Assembly (NCBI GenBank): GCA_963422375.2
Contig: OY729428.2
Span: forward strand, 1,152,001 to 1,216,000
DNA length: 64,000 nt
Direction: 5' to 3'
DNA from: Bryobacterales bacterium
Lineage (GTDB): Bacteria; Acidobacteriota; Terriglobia; Bryobacterales; UBA6623
Position 1 is the first letter of the stretch. Each line of letters starts with the position of its first letter. A program made the position numbers and the translations under genes. The notes under the pieces were generated by a model that saw nothing but the letters and a program-made list of their open reading frames with translations, was not told the origin of the DNA and did no database searches. This document shows, one piece after another, positions 39,050 through 48,811 of the stretch.

Positions 39050-39772
39050 ATGTCCATCCAAGGCCCCGTGCTGGAAGTGCGAGGCCTCGCGAAGTCCATC
39101 CGCAGCGGATCGCGCGTGGTGGAGATCCTGCGGGGCGTCGACTTCTCGATTCCCGCAGGCACGTTCACCGTCATCCAAGGGCCGTCCGGAAGCGGCAAGA
39201 GCACGCTGCTGGGCCTGCTGGCCGGCTTGGACAGGCCGACGCAGGGCGAGATCCTGCTTGACGGCCAGCCGCTCTCCGGGCTGGCCGAGGACGAGATGGC
39301 GCTGCTGCGGGGCCGCAAGATCGGCTTCGTGTTCCAGGCGTACCAGCTCGTGCCCACGCTGACCGCGCTCGAGAACGTCATGCTGCCGCTCGACCTGACG
39401 GGATGCGCCGACAGCGAGTCGCGGACCCGCGCCATCGCCCTGCTGGGCGAGGTGGGCCTCGGCGACAGGACCGACCACTACCCGGTCCAGCTGTCGGGAG
39501 GCGAGCAGCAGCGCGTGGCCCTGGCCAGAGCCTTCGTCACGCGCCCGCCCATCGTCCTCGCCGACGAACCCACGGGCAACCTCGACAGCCGCAACGGCGC
39601 GATGGTGCTCGACATGCTGCTGGCGCTGAACCGCGAGGCCGGCACGACCCTGATGATGGTTACCCACGACGACGGGATCGCCCGCCAGGCAAGCCGGCGC
39701 ATCGCGCTGATGGACGGCCGCGTCGTGGCGGACGAGGTCTCCCGGCCGACCCTCGAGGCCGTGATGGCGTGA
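39050..39772 (+). CDS. ybbA: ABC transporter ATP-binding protein (YbbA/LolD-like)
   Basis: GPSGSGKS, IGFVFQ, LSGGEQQRV, ADEPTGNLD, VTHD. Confidence 0.88.
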   Translation: MSIQGPVLEVRGLAKSIRSGSRVVEILRGVDFSIPAGTFTVIQGPSGSGKSTLLGLLAGLDRPTQGEILLDGQPLSGLAEDEMALLRGRKIGFVFQAYQLVPTLTALENVMLPLDLTGCADSESRTRAIALLGEVGLGDRTDHYPVQLSGGEQQRVALARAFVTRPPIVLADEPTGNLDSRNGAMVLDMLLALNREAGTTLMMVTHDDGIARQASRRIALMDGRVVADEVSRPTLEAVMA

Positions 39773-39791
39773 CGGAGCGGCCCCGCCCGAG

Positions 39792-39800
39792 TGCTAGACT
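39792..39800 (+). promoter_or_regulatory. Extended -10 promoter candidate for ffs
   Basis: TG-C-TAGACT a few bases upstream of the SRP RNA stem. Confidence 0.5.
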
Positions 39801-39803
39801 GAC

Positions 39804-39910
39804 GGTGGGCTTCGGACTCGTGCAGCGGCATGCCGCGAACCCCGCCAGGTCCGGGAGGAAGCAACGGTAGCGGCCGCTGCCGCGTGCCGCGGTTGTATCC
39901 GAAGCCCATC
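39804..39910 (+). ncRNA. ffs: Signal recognition particle 4.5S RNA
   Basis: Domain IV motif CCAGGTCC-GGGA-GGAAGCAACGG (GNRA loop); closing stem GGTGGGCTTCGGA / TCCGAAGCCCATC; located upstream of dnaX as in many bacteria. Confidence 0.93.
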
Positions 39911-39928
39911 TCTCTCCCCGCCTGCTAG

Positions 39929-41782
39929 ATGTACCAGGTCATCGCGCGCAAGTACCGGCCGCAGACCTTCGAGGAGGTGGTCGGCCAGGCCCACGTCAAG
40001 CAGACGCTGCGCAACGCGATAGACCAAGGCCGCATCGCACACGGCTACATCTTTTCCGGCCCGCGCGGGACGGGCAAGACGACCATGGCCCGCATCCTGG
40101 CCATGGCGCTCAACTGCGAGGGCGGCCCGACCTCGACCCCGGACCCCCAGTCGGTGGCGTGCAAGGAGATCGCCGCCGGAGCGTCGCTGGACGTGATCGA
40201 GATCGACGCGGCCTCCAACCGCCGCATCGACGACATCCGCGAGCTGCGCGAGAGCGTGAAATTCCGCCCGGTGCGCGACCGCTACAAGGTCTTCATCATC
40301 GACGAGGCGCATCAAATCACCAACGACGCGTTCAACGCGCTGCTGAAGACCTTGGAGGAGCCGCCGGAGTGGACGGTGTTCGTGCTCTGCACCACGGAGC
40401 CGCAAGCCATCCCCGCCACGATCGTGTCGCGATGCCAGAGCTTCGCATTCCGCGCGGTCGACCTGCCTGACGTGCTCGGGCACCTGCGCAAGATCTGCGC
40501 CAGCGAGGGCATCGAGGCCGAGGACGACGCCCTGGCAGCGCTGGCCCTGGCGGGGGACGGCTCCTTGCGCGACTCGCTATCCACGCTGGACCAAGCGATC
40601 GCCGCCTTCGGAAGGAATCTCGAGGCCGCCGGGGTGCGCGACCTGCTCGGCGCCATACCGAGCGAGATGACCGAGCGGATCCTCGCCGCGATCCGCGACG
40701 CGAACCCGGCCGCGATGCTGTCGGTGATCGACGACCTGTTCCGCCAAGGGCGGCATCCCCAGCACTTCTGCGGCGAGCTGGCGCGCCAGTTCCGCAACCT
40801 GATGGTGATGCAGGTAGCCGGGACGGACTCCAAGCTGGTCTCGGCCGGCCAGGGCGAGCGCGCGGCGGCCGGAACGTGGCTCAAGGAGTTCTCGAGCGAG
40901 GACCTGACGCGCTACGTTCACCTCCTGCTCGCGCTGTACCAAGATCTCCAGCTGGCGACCCAGCAGCGGTTCCGCCTGGAAATCGGGCTGCTCAAGCTCG
41001 TGTACGCCGGTCGGCTGCGGCCGATCGAGCAAGTCTTGTCGGAGCTGCCGACCGGAGGCCGGACCGCCGCCCCCCGGCCAGCGGAGACCGCTCCGGCACC
41101 GAAGCAGGCGGACAGGGCACCGAGCCGCAGGCCGCAACGCCAGACCCAGCCGACCGCGCCTCCGCCCCAGCCGGACGCTCTCAAGCCCCCGCAGGCACCG
41201 ACGGCGCCTCGCACGCAGCCAACCCCGGCGGCACCTGCAGCGAAGGCCGCTCCGCGTCCTAAGACGCCGGCAGCGGAAGCCCCCCCGGGCAAGCCCGCCC
41301 CAGCACGGCCGGAGAGCGGCTCTTCCGCCCCAGCCCCGTCGCCCGCAGCTCCCGAACCTGCTCCCGAGCGACCGGCACCGGACGAATTGAAAGCGAAACT
41401 GCTCGAGGCGATCGGGAATTCCGGTGAACAGTACGTCTTGGATGCCATTCAGGCCAGCCGCCTGGAACGGGACGGCCGCGCGGTGACGATCCATGTCCAC
41501 TCGGACTGGCTCGCGATGCTGGAATTGCAGCTCCAAGTGCTCGAGGCCGGGTTGGCGGGACTGGTTGGCGGCAAGCCTGATGTTAGACTCATATGCGAGA
41601 CCGACAAGGCGCCGGCGCGGAAGGCTTCGCCCGGACGGCCTCGTCGAGCGGTCGCTCGGAAGCCCGCGGTGAAGGGCGATGTTCGCGAGCGGGCGCAGTC
41701 CGACCCGGCATTCCTAGCATTCAGCAAGCGATTGAATGGCCGCGTGACCAACGTAGTCGACCTGAGGGAGATTTCAAAGTGA
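39929..41782 (+). CDS. dnaX: DNA polymerase III subunit gamma/tau
   Basis: ARKYRPQTF, GPRGTGKTT, IEIDAAS, IIDEAH, NALLKTLEEPP, SRC; long Pro/Ala-rich linker. Confidence 0.97.
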   Translation: MYQVIARKYRPQTFEEVVGQAHVKQTLRNAIDQGRIAHGYIFSGPRGTGKTTMARILAMALNCEGGPTSTPDPQSVACKEIAAGASLDVIEIDAASNRRIDDIRELRESVKFRPVRDRYKVFIIDEAHQITNDAFNALLKTLEEPPEWTVFVLCTTEPQAIPATIVSRCQSFAFRAVDLPDVLGHLRKICASEGIEAEDDALAALALAGDGSLRDSLSTLDQAIAAFGRNLEAAGVRDLLGAIPSEMTERILAAIRDANPAAMLSVIDDLFRQGRHPQHFCGELARQFRNLMVMQVAGTDSKLVSAGQGERAAAGTWLKEFSSEDLTRYVHLLLALYQDLQLATQQRFRLEIGLLKLVYAGRLRPIEQVLSELPTGGRTAAPRPAETAPAPKQADRAPSRRPQRQTQPTAPPPQPDALKPPQAPTAPRTQPTPAAPAAKAAPRPKTPAAEAPPGKPAPARPESGSSAPAPSPAAPEPAPERPAPDELKAKLLEAIGNSGEQYVLDAIQASRLERDGRAVTIHVHSDWLAMLELQLQVLEAGLAGLVGGKPDVRLICETDKAPARKASPGRPRRAVARKPAVKGDVRERAQSDPAFLAFSKRLNGRVTNVVDLREISK

Positions 41783-42081
41783 CGGGCAGTCCGAAGAAAA
41801 TTCTCGAGCAAGCCAAGAAGATGGAACAACACCTCAACACCGAGCTCGACGCGATCCGAGTCGAAGCGTCGACCGGCGGAGGCATGGTCACAGTGAGGAT
41901 GGACGGCCACAAGAGGGTGATCGGAGTGGTGATCGAGCCGCAGGCCGCTGAAGACATCGACATGCTTCAGGATATGATTCGCGGGGCGTGCAACGAGGCC
42001 GTCAAGCGGGTTGAGGCGGCGGCGGATCGGAAGATGGGCGGCGTCGTCGCTCGCCTCGCCCTGCCCATGCTGTCGGGCTAG
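41779..42081 (+). CDS. ybaB: YbaB/EbfC nucleoid-associated protein
   Basis: GTGA overlap with dnaX; GGGMVTVRMDG, EDIDMLQDMI..A.NEA; dnaX-ybaB-recR synteny. Confidence 0.93.
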   Translation: MTGSPKKILEQAKKMEQHLNTELDAIRVEASTGGGMVTVRMDGHKRVIGVVIEPQAAEDIDMLQDMIRGACNEAVKRVEAAADRKMGGVVARLALPMLSG

Positions 42082-42113
42082 TCGGCGAGCGTCCGCCGGC
42101 ACATGAAGAATCG

Positions 42114-42719
42114 ATGCCCGCCGAAGACCTTGCGGCACCGATGTCCCGCTTGGTGGACGAGTTCAAGCGCCTGCCGGGCATCGGGGCGAAGTCGGCCCAG
42201 CGCCTAGCATTCCATCTCTTGGGGATCGATCGGAAGAAAGCCGAAAGCCTGGCGCAGGCGATCCTGGAGATGCGCGAGCGAATCCAGCTCTGCGGACGCT
42301 GCAACAACATCGCGGTGGGTCCGCTCTGTCCTATCTGCAAGGATCCGAAGCGCGACCATGCGCTGGTCTGCGTTCTCGAGCAGCCCAACAACATCATGCT
42401 GATCGAGAGGACTCGGTCCTATAGGGGGGTCTACCACATCCTCCACGGCGCTCTTTCGCCTCTGCGGAATGTCCAACCGCAGGACCTCAAGATCCAGAGC
42501 CTGTTGAAGCGCATGCAGGCCGTTGAGACCCGCGAAATCATTCTGGCGACGAGCCCTACGACAGAGGGCCAGGCCACCTCGGCCTACCTGAGCCGGCTGC
42601 TCAAGCCGCTCGATGTCAAGGTGACTCGCATCGGGCTCGGCATCCCGATCGGAAGCGAGCTCGAGTTCGTCGACGAGGCCACGATGATCGAGTCGATCGA
42701 GGGCCGACGGGAGCTCTGA
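42114..42719 (+). CDS. recR: Recombination protein RecR
   Basis: LPGIGAKSAQRLAF, C4 zinc finger CGRC…CPIC, YHILHG.LSP, TOPRIM ILATSPTTEG. Confidence 0.97.
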   Translation: MPAEDLAAPMSRLVDEFKRLPGIGAKSAQRLAFHLLGIDRKKAESLAQAILEMRERIQLCGRCNNIAVGPLCPICKDPKRDHALVCVLEQPNNIMLIERTRSYRGVYHILHGALSPLRNVQPQDLKIQSLLKRMQAVETREIILATSPTTEGQATSAYLSRLLKPLDVKVTRIGLGIPIGSELEFVDEATMIESIEGRREL

Positions 42720-42754
42720 CCGAGGGCCGGACCAAGCCGGGTGCGGCTGGCGCC

Positions 42755-43672
42755 TCAGGTCAGCTGCATGAACAGCTGGATCAGCGCGACCAGCTCGGAG
42801 GAGGAGTCCTCCTGGCAGAAGTGACCCGCGCTTTCGAGGCGCACCACCGGCCCCGACGGGAACAGCGACTTGAAGTCGGCGATCGCGAGCTCCGGCGGGA
42901 TGGCGCGATCCTTCATGCCCTCGGCCAGCATCGCCGCCTTGGACCGCAGCGCGGGGACCCCCGCGGCACCCGCCCGGACGTACGCGCCGATCCGGTTCAG
43001 GGCGACGTCCAAGGGGAACTCGACCGCGCCCTTGCACTCCTCCGGCGTGCCGAAGGGCGCCGCGTAGGCGCGCAGCGCGGACTCGCTCAGGCCGGACTCC
43101 GTGCCGAGCCTCTGCATCAGAGCGCCCACGTGGGTCCGCAGGTCGAGCATGGTCTCGTAGTAGGAGCCGTCCCGGACGGACGAGGTCACCCACCGAAACC
43201 ATTCCGATTCATGGAGCCGCGGCGGCCTGGGCGCATCTCGCGGGGCCACCATGGCACCGTAGCCGCAGATGCTGTTGATCAGGCAGACGCGCTTGACGCG
43301 CTCGGGATGCCGCACGGTATAGGCGGCCAGCATCGGCCCGCCCCAGTCCTGCCCGACGAAGGTGATGCCATCAAGGTCCAGTTCGGCGATCAGCGCAGCG
43401 AGGTTGCCGACGTGCGTCTCAAGAGTGTACTCGCGGTCCTGGGGCGTCTCGCTCTTGCCGAAGCCCATGTGGTCGGGCACAATCACCCGCCAGCGCTCCG
43501 AGAGAGCGGGCACGAACTTGCGGTAGATGTAGCCCCACGTCGGCTCGCCGTGGAGGCAGACGATCGGCTCGCCCTCGCCCTCGTCCACGTAGTGCATTCG
43601 AAACCCCGCGCCGGTGCTGAAACGAGGCCGAAAGGGGAAGGTCCCCTCGAAAGTCTGCCCGGCAGGAACCAT
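42755..43672 (-). CDS. Haloalkane dehalogenase-like alpha/beta hydrolase
   Basis: MHYVDEG, LHGEPTW, PDHMGFGKS, nucleophile QDWGG, AGHFCQED. Confidence 0.85.
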   Translation of the reverse strand: MVPAGQTFEGTFPFRPRFSTGAGFRMHYVDEGEGEPIVCLHGEPTWGYIYRKFVPALSERWRVIVPDHMGFGKSETPQDREYTLETHVGNLAALIAELDLDGITFVGQDWGGPMLAAYTVRHPERVKRVCLINSICGYGAMVAPRDAPRPPRLHESEWFRWVTSSVRDGSYYETMLDLRTHVGALMQRLGTESGLSESALRAYAAPFGTPEECKGAVEFPLDVALNRIGAYVRAGAAGVPALRSKAAMLAEGMKDRAIPPELAIADFKSLFPSGPVVRLESAGHFCQEDSSSELVALIQLFMQLT

Positions 43673-43807
43673 AGGCAACCAATCTTACCCAGTCCGAAGC
43701 CCCCTAGGCAGGCGCCAGTCCCCCGTCAAGGGTCTGGCGGCCCGGACTCCCCTGATCAGCCAAGGCGACCCGGCGGGGGTGATAGACTCGGGCACTGCGA
43801 GACCGCG

Positions 43808-45250
43808 ATGCAGCGAACCTTGCCAGTTCTCCTTCTACTCGGCCTGTGCTCCGGAGCCTATGGAGCCGTCCCGGAGCGACCGAACTTTGTCGTCCTGTTC
43901 GCCGACGACCAAGGCTGGGGGGACCTTGGCTCCTACGGGCATCCGGATATTCGGACGCCCCATCTCGACCGCATGGCCGACGAGGGCATTCGATTCACCA
44001 GCTTCTACGCAGCCCCTTTCTGCGGGCCATCGCGGGCGGCGCTGATGACGGGATCCTACCCGCCGCGCCTCAGCCTCGCGTTCAATCACGGCCCGAAGGC
44101 ATCGACGGGAATCCATCCGGACGAGTTGACGATCGCGGAACTGCTGAAGGCGCGAGGCTACGCCACCAAGATGATCGGGAAGTGGCATCTGGGCGACGCA
44201 CCGGAGTTCCTGCCGCACAGGCACGGATTCGACAATTGGTTCGGCATTCCGTTCTCCAACGACATGTGGCGCTTTCACCCCGTCATGCCCGTCCGGGAGC
44301 CTGAGGGCGAGCGCATGATCTCGGCCCGGGAGCGGGCCGCGATGACTGGCTTCGCGGGCGAAGGCGCGCACTACGACCTCGAGCGGGGGCAGGGATTCCC
44401 GCATCCCCTGCCGCTGATGCGGGATGACGAAGTCGTGGAGGAGGACTCGGACCAGCGCAAGCTGACGACCCAGTACACCGAGATGGCCCTGGCCTTCATC
44501 GAAGAGAACCGGAGCAACCCATTCTTCCTGTACCTGCCCTACGCGATGCCGCACGTCCCGCTGTTCGTGTCGAACGCCCGCTGGGGCAAGTCGCTCCGGG
44601 GCCGGTACGGCGACGTGATCGAGGAACTCGACTGGTCGGTCGGGCAGATTCTCGGCAAGCTGCAGGAACTGGACTTGGACCGGAAAACCTTAGTGGTGTA
44701 TACGTCGGACAATGGTCCGTGGCTCGAATACGGCATTGACGCGGGCTCGGCCGGGCCGTTCAAGCTCGGCAAGGCCACCACCTGGGAGGGCGGGATGCGC
44801 GTCCCGGGGATCTTCCGGATGCCCGGCTCGATACCGCCGGGTCGCGTGAGTTCGGCGGTCGCCGCCAACATGGACCTGCTTCCGACGTTCACGTCGCTGG
44901 CGGGGAGCGACCTGCCGGGGGATCGCACTTTGGACGGCCGAAACCTCTGGCCGCTGCTCAGCGGCGCGACCGACGAGTCGCCGCACGAGTACTTCTACTT
45001 CTTCGCCGGGAGCAGCCCGGAAACGCCGACAAGGCTGCAGGGAATTCGCAAGGGACGCCACAAGCTGCGCCTGCGGAGGGGCGGGGACGGACGATTTCAG
45101 GCCGTCGCGCTGTTCGACCTGCTGGCCGACGCGGGCGAGAAGTTCGACATCCGCGACAGGCATCCGGACTTGGTGGCGGCGCTGCTCGAGCAGTCGCGGG
45201 CCTTCGTCGAGGAACTGGAAGCGAACGTGCGTCCGCTGGGCGGGCTCTGA
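43808..45250 (+). CDS. Secreted Cys-type (formylglycine) sulfatase
   Basis: Signal peptide; PNFVVLFADDQG, CGPSRAALMTG, GKWHLG, TSDNG, EGGMRVP. Confidence 0.95.
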   Translation: MQRTLPVLLLLGLCSGAYGAVPERPNFVVLFADDQGWGDLGSYGHPDIRTPHLDRMADEGIRFTSFYAAPFCGPSRAALMTGSYPPRLSLAFNHGPKASTGIHPDELTIAELLKARGYATKMIGKWHLGDAPEFLPHRHGFDNWFGIPFSNDMWRFHPVMPVREPEGERMISARERAAMTGFAGEGAHYDLERGQGFPHPLPLMRDDEVVEEDSDQRKLTTQYTEMALAFIEENRSNPFFLYLPYAMPHVPLFVSNARWGKSLRGRYGDVIEELDWSVGQILGKLQELDLDRKTLVVYTSDNGPWLEYGIDAGSAGPFKLGKATTWEGGMRVPGIFRMPGSIPPGRVSSAVAANMDLLPTFTSLAGSDLPGDRTLDGRNLWPLLSGATDESPHEYFYFFAGSSPETPTRLQGIRKGRHKLRLRRGGDGRFQAVALFDLLADAGEKFDIRDRHPDLVAALLEQSRAFVEELEANVRPLGGL

Positions 45251-45276
45251 TCTCGAAGACAGCAAGAGTGTTTGCA

Positions 45277-45562
45277 GTGGAGGTAATATTCACCTACTGC
45301 GAAATCGAGGCACTCTTGGAGGAGCGGAAAGAGCTGCCACTTGGCTGGGAAAAACGTCCCAAGAAAAAAAGCACTTCCAATTCGAAGAAAAACACATCGA
45401 CCTGAATACATGTTCCGAGCACAATTTCCGGATAATTATTAGGAAGAATCGAAATAGGGCACTTGATTTTTCGATCATTCTTGGGCTTATAGTGTCAGGC
45501 TCTAAGAAAGTATTTCGTCTTTGTCGATACAACGGAAATAGTCATAAACACACAAACATCAT
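45277..45562 (+). pseudogene. Low-GC gene fragment of the kind found upstream of DUF1828 genes; frameshifted and IS-truncated
   Basis: MEVIFTYCEIEALLEERKELP; after a shift in the A7 run (45364-45370) reads FRIIIRKNRNRALDFSIILG…FRLCRYNGNSHKHTN; cut by the IS1595 TIR. Confidence 0.6.
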
Positions 45563-46584
45563 CCTGATTATCCACAAGACTCAGCCAAGGTTAGGAGGCG
45601 GTAAGGCCTGGGCGGGGTGCGCACGGAGGCGTGGAGCAGGCGGGGGACCAGCGCCTCCAGGTCGTAGCGGCGGTTGAAGCGGTAGCGGAACTCGGCGAGG
45701 TACCGCGGCAGGTGCTTGCCGTCGAGCGCAGGGCAGGTTCCCGCCAGGGACTGCTTGACGTTCGCCAGCATCGTGTTGACCCGGACGTTGACCCGGACGA
45801 AGCGGGAATCCCCGCAGCTCCGCTGCCCGCCTCCGGTGACGGTCGGCACGTGCTCGCAGCCGGCGCCGGCCACGCCCCGCAAGCAGGCCGGGCCGTCGGA
45901 ATGCACCTCCGTGCCGGGCTGCAAGTGCCGCCCGGCCCACGCTGCCAGCGTCTTCTGGCGCAAGCCCGCCACGCTGCTCATGCGCATCCTTGCCGGCTGG
46001 CCGGCGGCGGTGACCTGCACGGCGGCCACGAACGGCGTCTTGCCCGCCGCGCCCCAGTAGGCCCCAGTAGGCGTCGTCCATCTGCACGATGCCGTGCAGC
46101 GGCACGCGCTCGTCGCGCTCCTTCAGCACTTGCAAAAGCTTGTGCTTCATCTTCCAAGCCGTGTTCCGGCTGACCCCCAGCTGCCGCGCCAGTTCCAGCG
46201 ACGAAACGCCGTGCTTGCCCTGCGTCAGCAGGTGGATCGCCAGCAACCGGACGGTCAGCGGCAGCTTGCTGGCGGCGAAGATCGTGCCGGCGACGAGGGA
46301 GCTCTGGCGGTGGCAGGCATGGCACTGCCGGAGCTTGCGGGAGCGGATGCGGCAGTGCCGTCGGGAGCCGCACTCCGGGCAGCGGAAGCCGTCCGGCCAG
46401 CGGGCGTTGAAGACGGCCTGCTCGCATGGCCCCTCGCTGCCGTAGCGCTGCAGGAACTTGCCCGGGCTGAGTCCCTTCTGGAATTGCACGCGATTGCGTT
46501 TCAGCTGCTATCTCCTTTCCTATCAGAGATTTCCGACCTCCTTCAGTAGAGCATATCCTCGGCTGACGTTCGTTGGTAATCAAG
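45563..46584 (-). mobile_element. IS1595-family element with frameshifted transposase
   Basis: Zinc ribbon RWPDGFRCPECG…CHACH, QMDDAYWG, VHSDG, YLAEFRYRFNRR; 24-bp TIRs at 45563-45586 and 46561-46584 (17/24 identical); tandem GCCCCAGTAG at the frameshift; no target duplication. Confidence 0.92.
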
Positions 46585-47227
46585 TACATATATGCATCTG
46601 AGCTATGATCGTGATGTGGCTGAACTGCGTCAAGGACACAAGTGGAACCTCGTCTCCAACGCTCTATCCATCTTCAGTGTCGAAGACCGTGATGGAGAAC
46701 TAGTCCGTAACATTTCAGACGAACGGTATGCCGATGCATTGTACTCTTTCGTCCAATCTGTGCTCAAGATTGCAGATGTTGCAGATGCATGGCAGCCGTT
46801 GCAAGCGCGAAAGCATTCGACATTTATGGATGATTTTCAAGAATTTCTGAGGGAGACCATTCCTGAAGAGCGAATGGCATTCAACTGGTGCGATCCGCAA
46901 CGCGATCATACACGAAAGTACATCGTTGACTGTCGAATTAGCGGAATGCCCCGTCCGATCTTTCTTCACGGACTTCCAAACGACTCCAGAACTCGTGATG
47001 CAACGCTCACACTGCATCAGTGCCAGAAGTGGGAAATTCGCCACCATGCCATTGGAATCTTCGAAGACAAAACGTTGATCACTCGCAATGTTCGGGCGAG
47101 ATACCATGACGTATCTGACAAGTCCTTTCCTAGCCTGAGCTCAGACCGAGATAAGATCTTGCTCCACTTGCGTGACCACTTGCAGGAACGGCTGGCTCCA
47201 AATTCAACCCTAAGCGAGCACACTTAG
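46585..47227 (+). pseudogene. DUF1828-like protein, N-terminus removed at the IS end
   Basis: Starts mid-protein TYMHLSYD; EDRDGEL, ALYSFVQ..LKI.DV, STFMDDF, YIVDCRI, RDATLTL, GIFED; low GC. Confidence 0.65.
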
Positions 47228-47445
47228 GAAGAATCAAACTCTCGCCCAACTCAACATCTCTGCGGTCCATCAGATCTCGAATTCCCGGACAGATGCTTTA
47301 GTATTTCTAGAGCTTTCCCCAATCAATCGACGTGCTCAAGCCTCGCAAGAATCTGTTCATCCTCCGCTCAAGGGCCTTTTATTCAGAATTGATGGCGAGC
47401 TGGCCCTCACCGAAAATTGCGTCTTGAGCGACCGGATCTCTCTGA

Positions 47446-48726
47446 CTAGAGCGCGGGCGATTCGAAGAAAATCCCGCCGAACAGCAGCCATGCAATCAGC
47501 AATGTCCAGAAGATGTTGACTCCTTGCGCTAGGAGAAACGCGATCGCGGGCCGCCCTTCGTCCATCGACACAAGATCCCGGAAGTGCGTCTCCAAGCCTA
47601 TGCAGACGAAGGCCAGCGCAAACCACCACGTCCGCAGGCCCTTCATCAGGCTCTTGGTCGAGTCGACGAATTCCGGAGCGAGGGCGAACGAGAACACCAC
47701 CGACGCCACGACGAACCCTAGGACGAACTTCGGGAACCGCTCCCAGATGATCGAGACCGACGGCTTCTCGCCCGTCACAGCGCCGGCCCGGAACGTCCAC
47801 CAGACCGAGAGAGCGAACGCCGCCAGCCCGAGCATTGCGTTCTGCGAGAACTTCACGATCACCGCGGCGTTCATTGCCGAATCGCCAACGATCTCGCCCG
47901 CCGCAACCACCGCCCCAGAAGTGTCGATGGTGCCGCCGAGCCACGCCCCGCCGACCACCGGAGGGATGTCGAAGTGTCCGATGACCCACGGCATGACGAT
48001 CATCATCGGAATCGCGACGATCAAGACGAGCGAGGTGACATAGGAAAGCTGCTTGCGGTCACCTTGGATCGCCCCGCAGGCGGCGATCGCGGCCGATACG
48101 CCGCAGATCGAGACCGCCGTGGCGAGCATGGCCGAGAAGTTGTCGTCGACGCGCAGCCGCCGTGCGATCCAAAAGCAGGCGTACCAGATCGCCGCGATGA
48201 CGAGGAACGCCTGCCCGACTCCGAGCAGGCCGGCCTGCAGGATGTCCCCCAGCAAGATGTTGGACCCGAGGATCACCAGACCCGTCTTGATGAAGTACTC
48301 GGTGCGCACGGCGCCGCGCATCCATCGCGGAACCGAAAGCACGTTCGAAATGAACAGTCCGATCAGCAATCCGGTCAGGACGTACGTAAGGCCCCAAGCC
48401 TTCGCGCCGGCGTTGCCGGCGATGACTTGTGCGATCCAGGCGATCAGGAACACCGCGGGAAAGCCGGCGGCGAACGCGCCGACGCCGCCGCCCATCACGC
48501 GGACGCCCGCCGCCGCGAGGACTAGGAAGAACGCGAACAGGACCGCGCCCGCGAGCAGGCTGGCTCCGGAGAAGGCGGCGCCGCCCGAGCCGGCGTCCCA
48601 CGAGAAGCTAGGCAGGGCCGGCTGCACTCCGAGAACGGCCAGCGCGATCAGGGCGAATCCCAAGGCGCAGGAGACCCAGTCCTCGCTGGCGCGCGCGCGG
48701 GGCGGGGCGGTCGGCGTCCTGGTCAT
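47446..48726 (-). CDS. YeiH / putative sulfate exporter family membrane protein
   Basis: EYFIKTGLVILG, SICGVSAAIA, GAWLGGTIDTSGAV, RFPKFVLGF; many transmembrane segments. Confidence 0.9.
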   Translation of the reverse strand: MTRTPTAPPRARASEDWVSCALGFALIALAVLGVQPALPSFSWDAGSGGAAFSGASLLAGAVLFAFFLVLAAAGVRVMGGGVGAFAAGFPAVFLIAWIAQVIAGNAGAKAWGLTYVLTGLLIGLFISNVLSVPRWMRGAVRTEYFIKTGLVILGSNILLGDILQAGLLGVGQAFLVIAAIWYACFWIARRLRVDDNFSAMLATAVSICGVSAAIAACGAIQGDRKQLSYVTSLVLIVAIPMMIVMPWVIGHFDIPPVVGGAWLGGTIDTSGAVVAAGEIVGDSAMNAAVIVKFSQNAMLGLAAFALSVWWTFRAGAVTGEKPSVSIIWERFPKFVLGFVVASVVFSFALAPEFVDSTKSLMKGLRTWWFALAFVCIGLETHFRDLVSMDEGRPAIAFLLAQGVNIFWTLLIAWLLFGGIFFESPAL

Positions 48727-48811
48727 CGCTTCAGTCTCTGAGACAGCCGCTAGCGTAGCGCACGGCAAGGCGGTGCCAGAGCCGTCGGGAACGCGCCCCG
48801 GCCCGACCGCC

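Noticed and set aside
41050..41385. Programmed frameshift or tandem-repeat locus in dnaX
   Set aside because: No A AAA AAG or long poly-A slippery site seen; the region is a low-complexity Pro/Ala linker.
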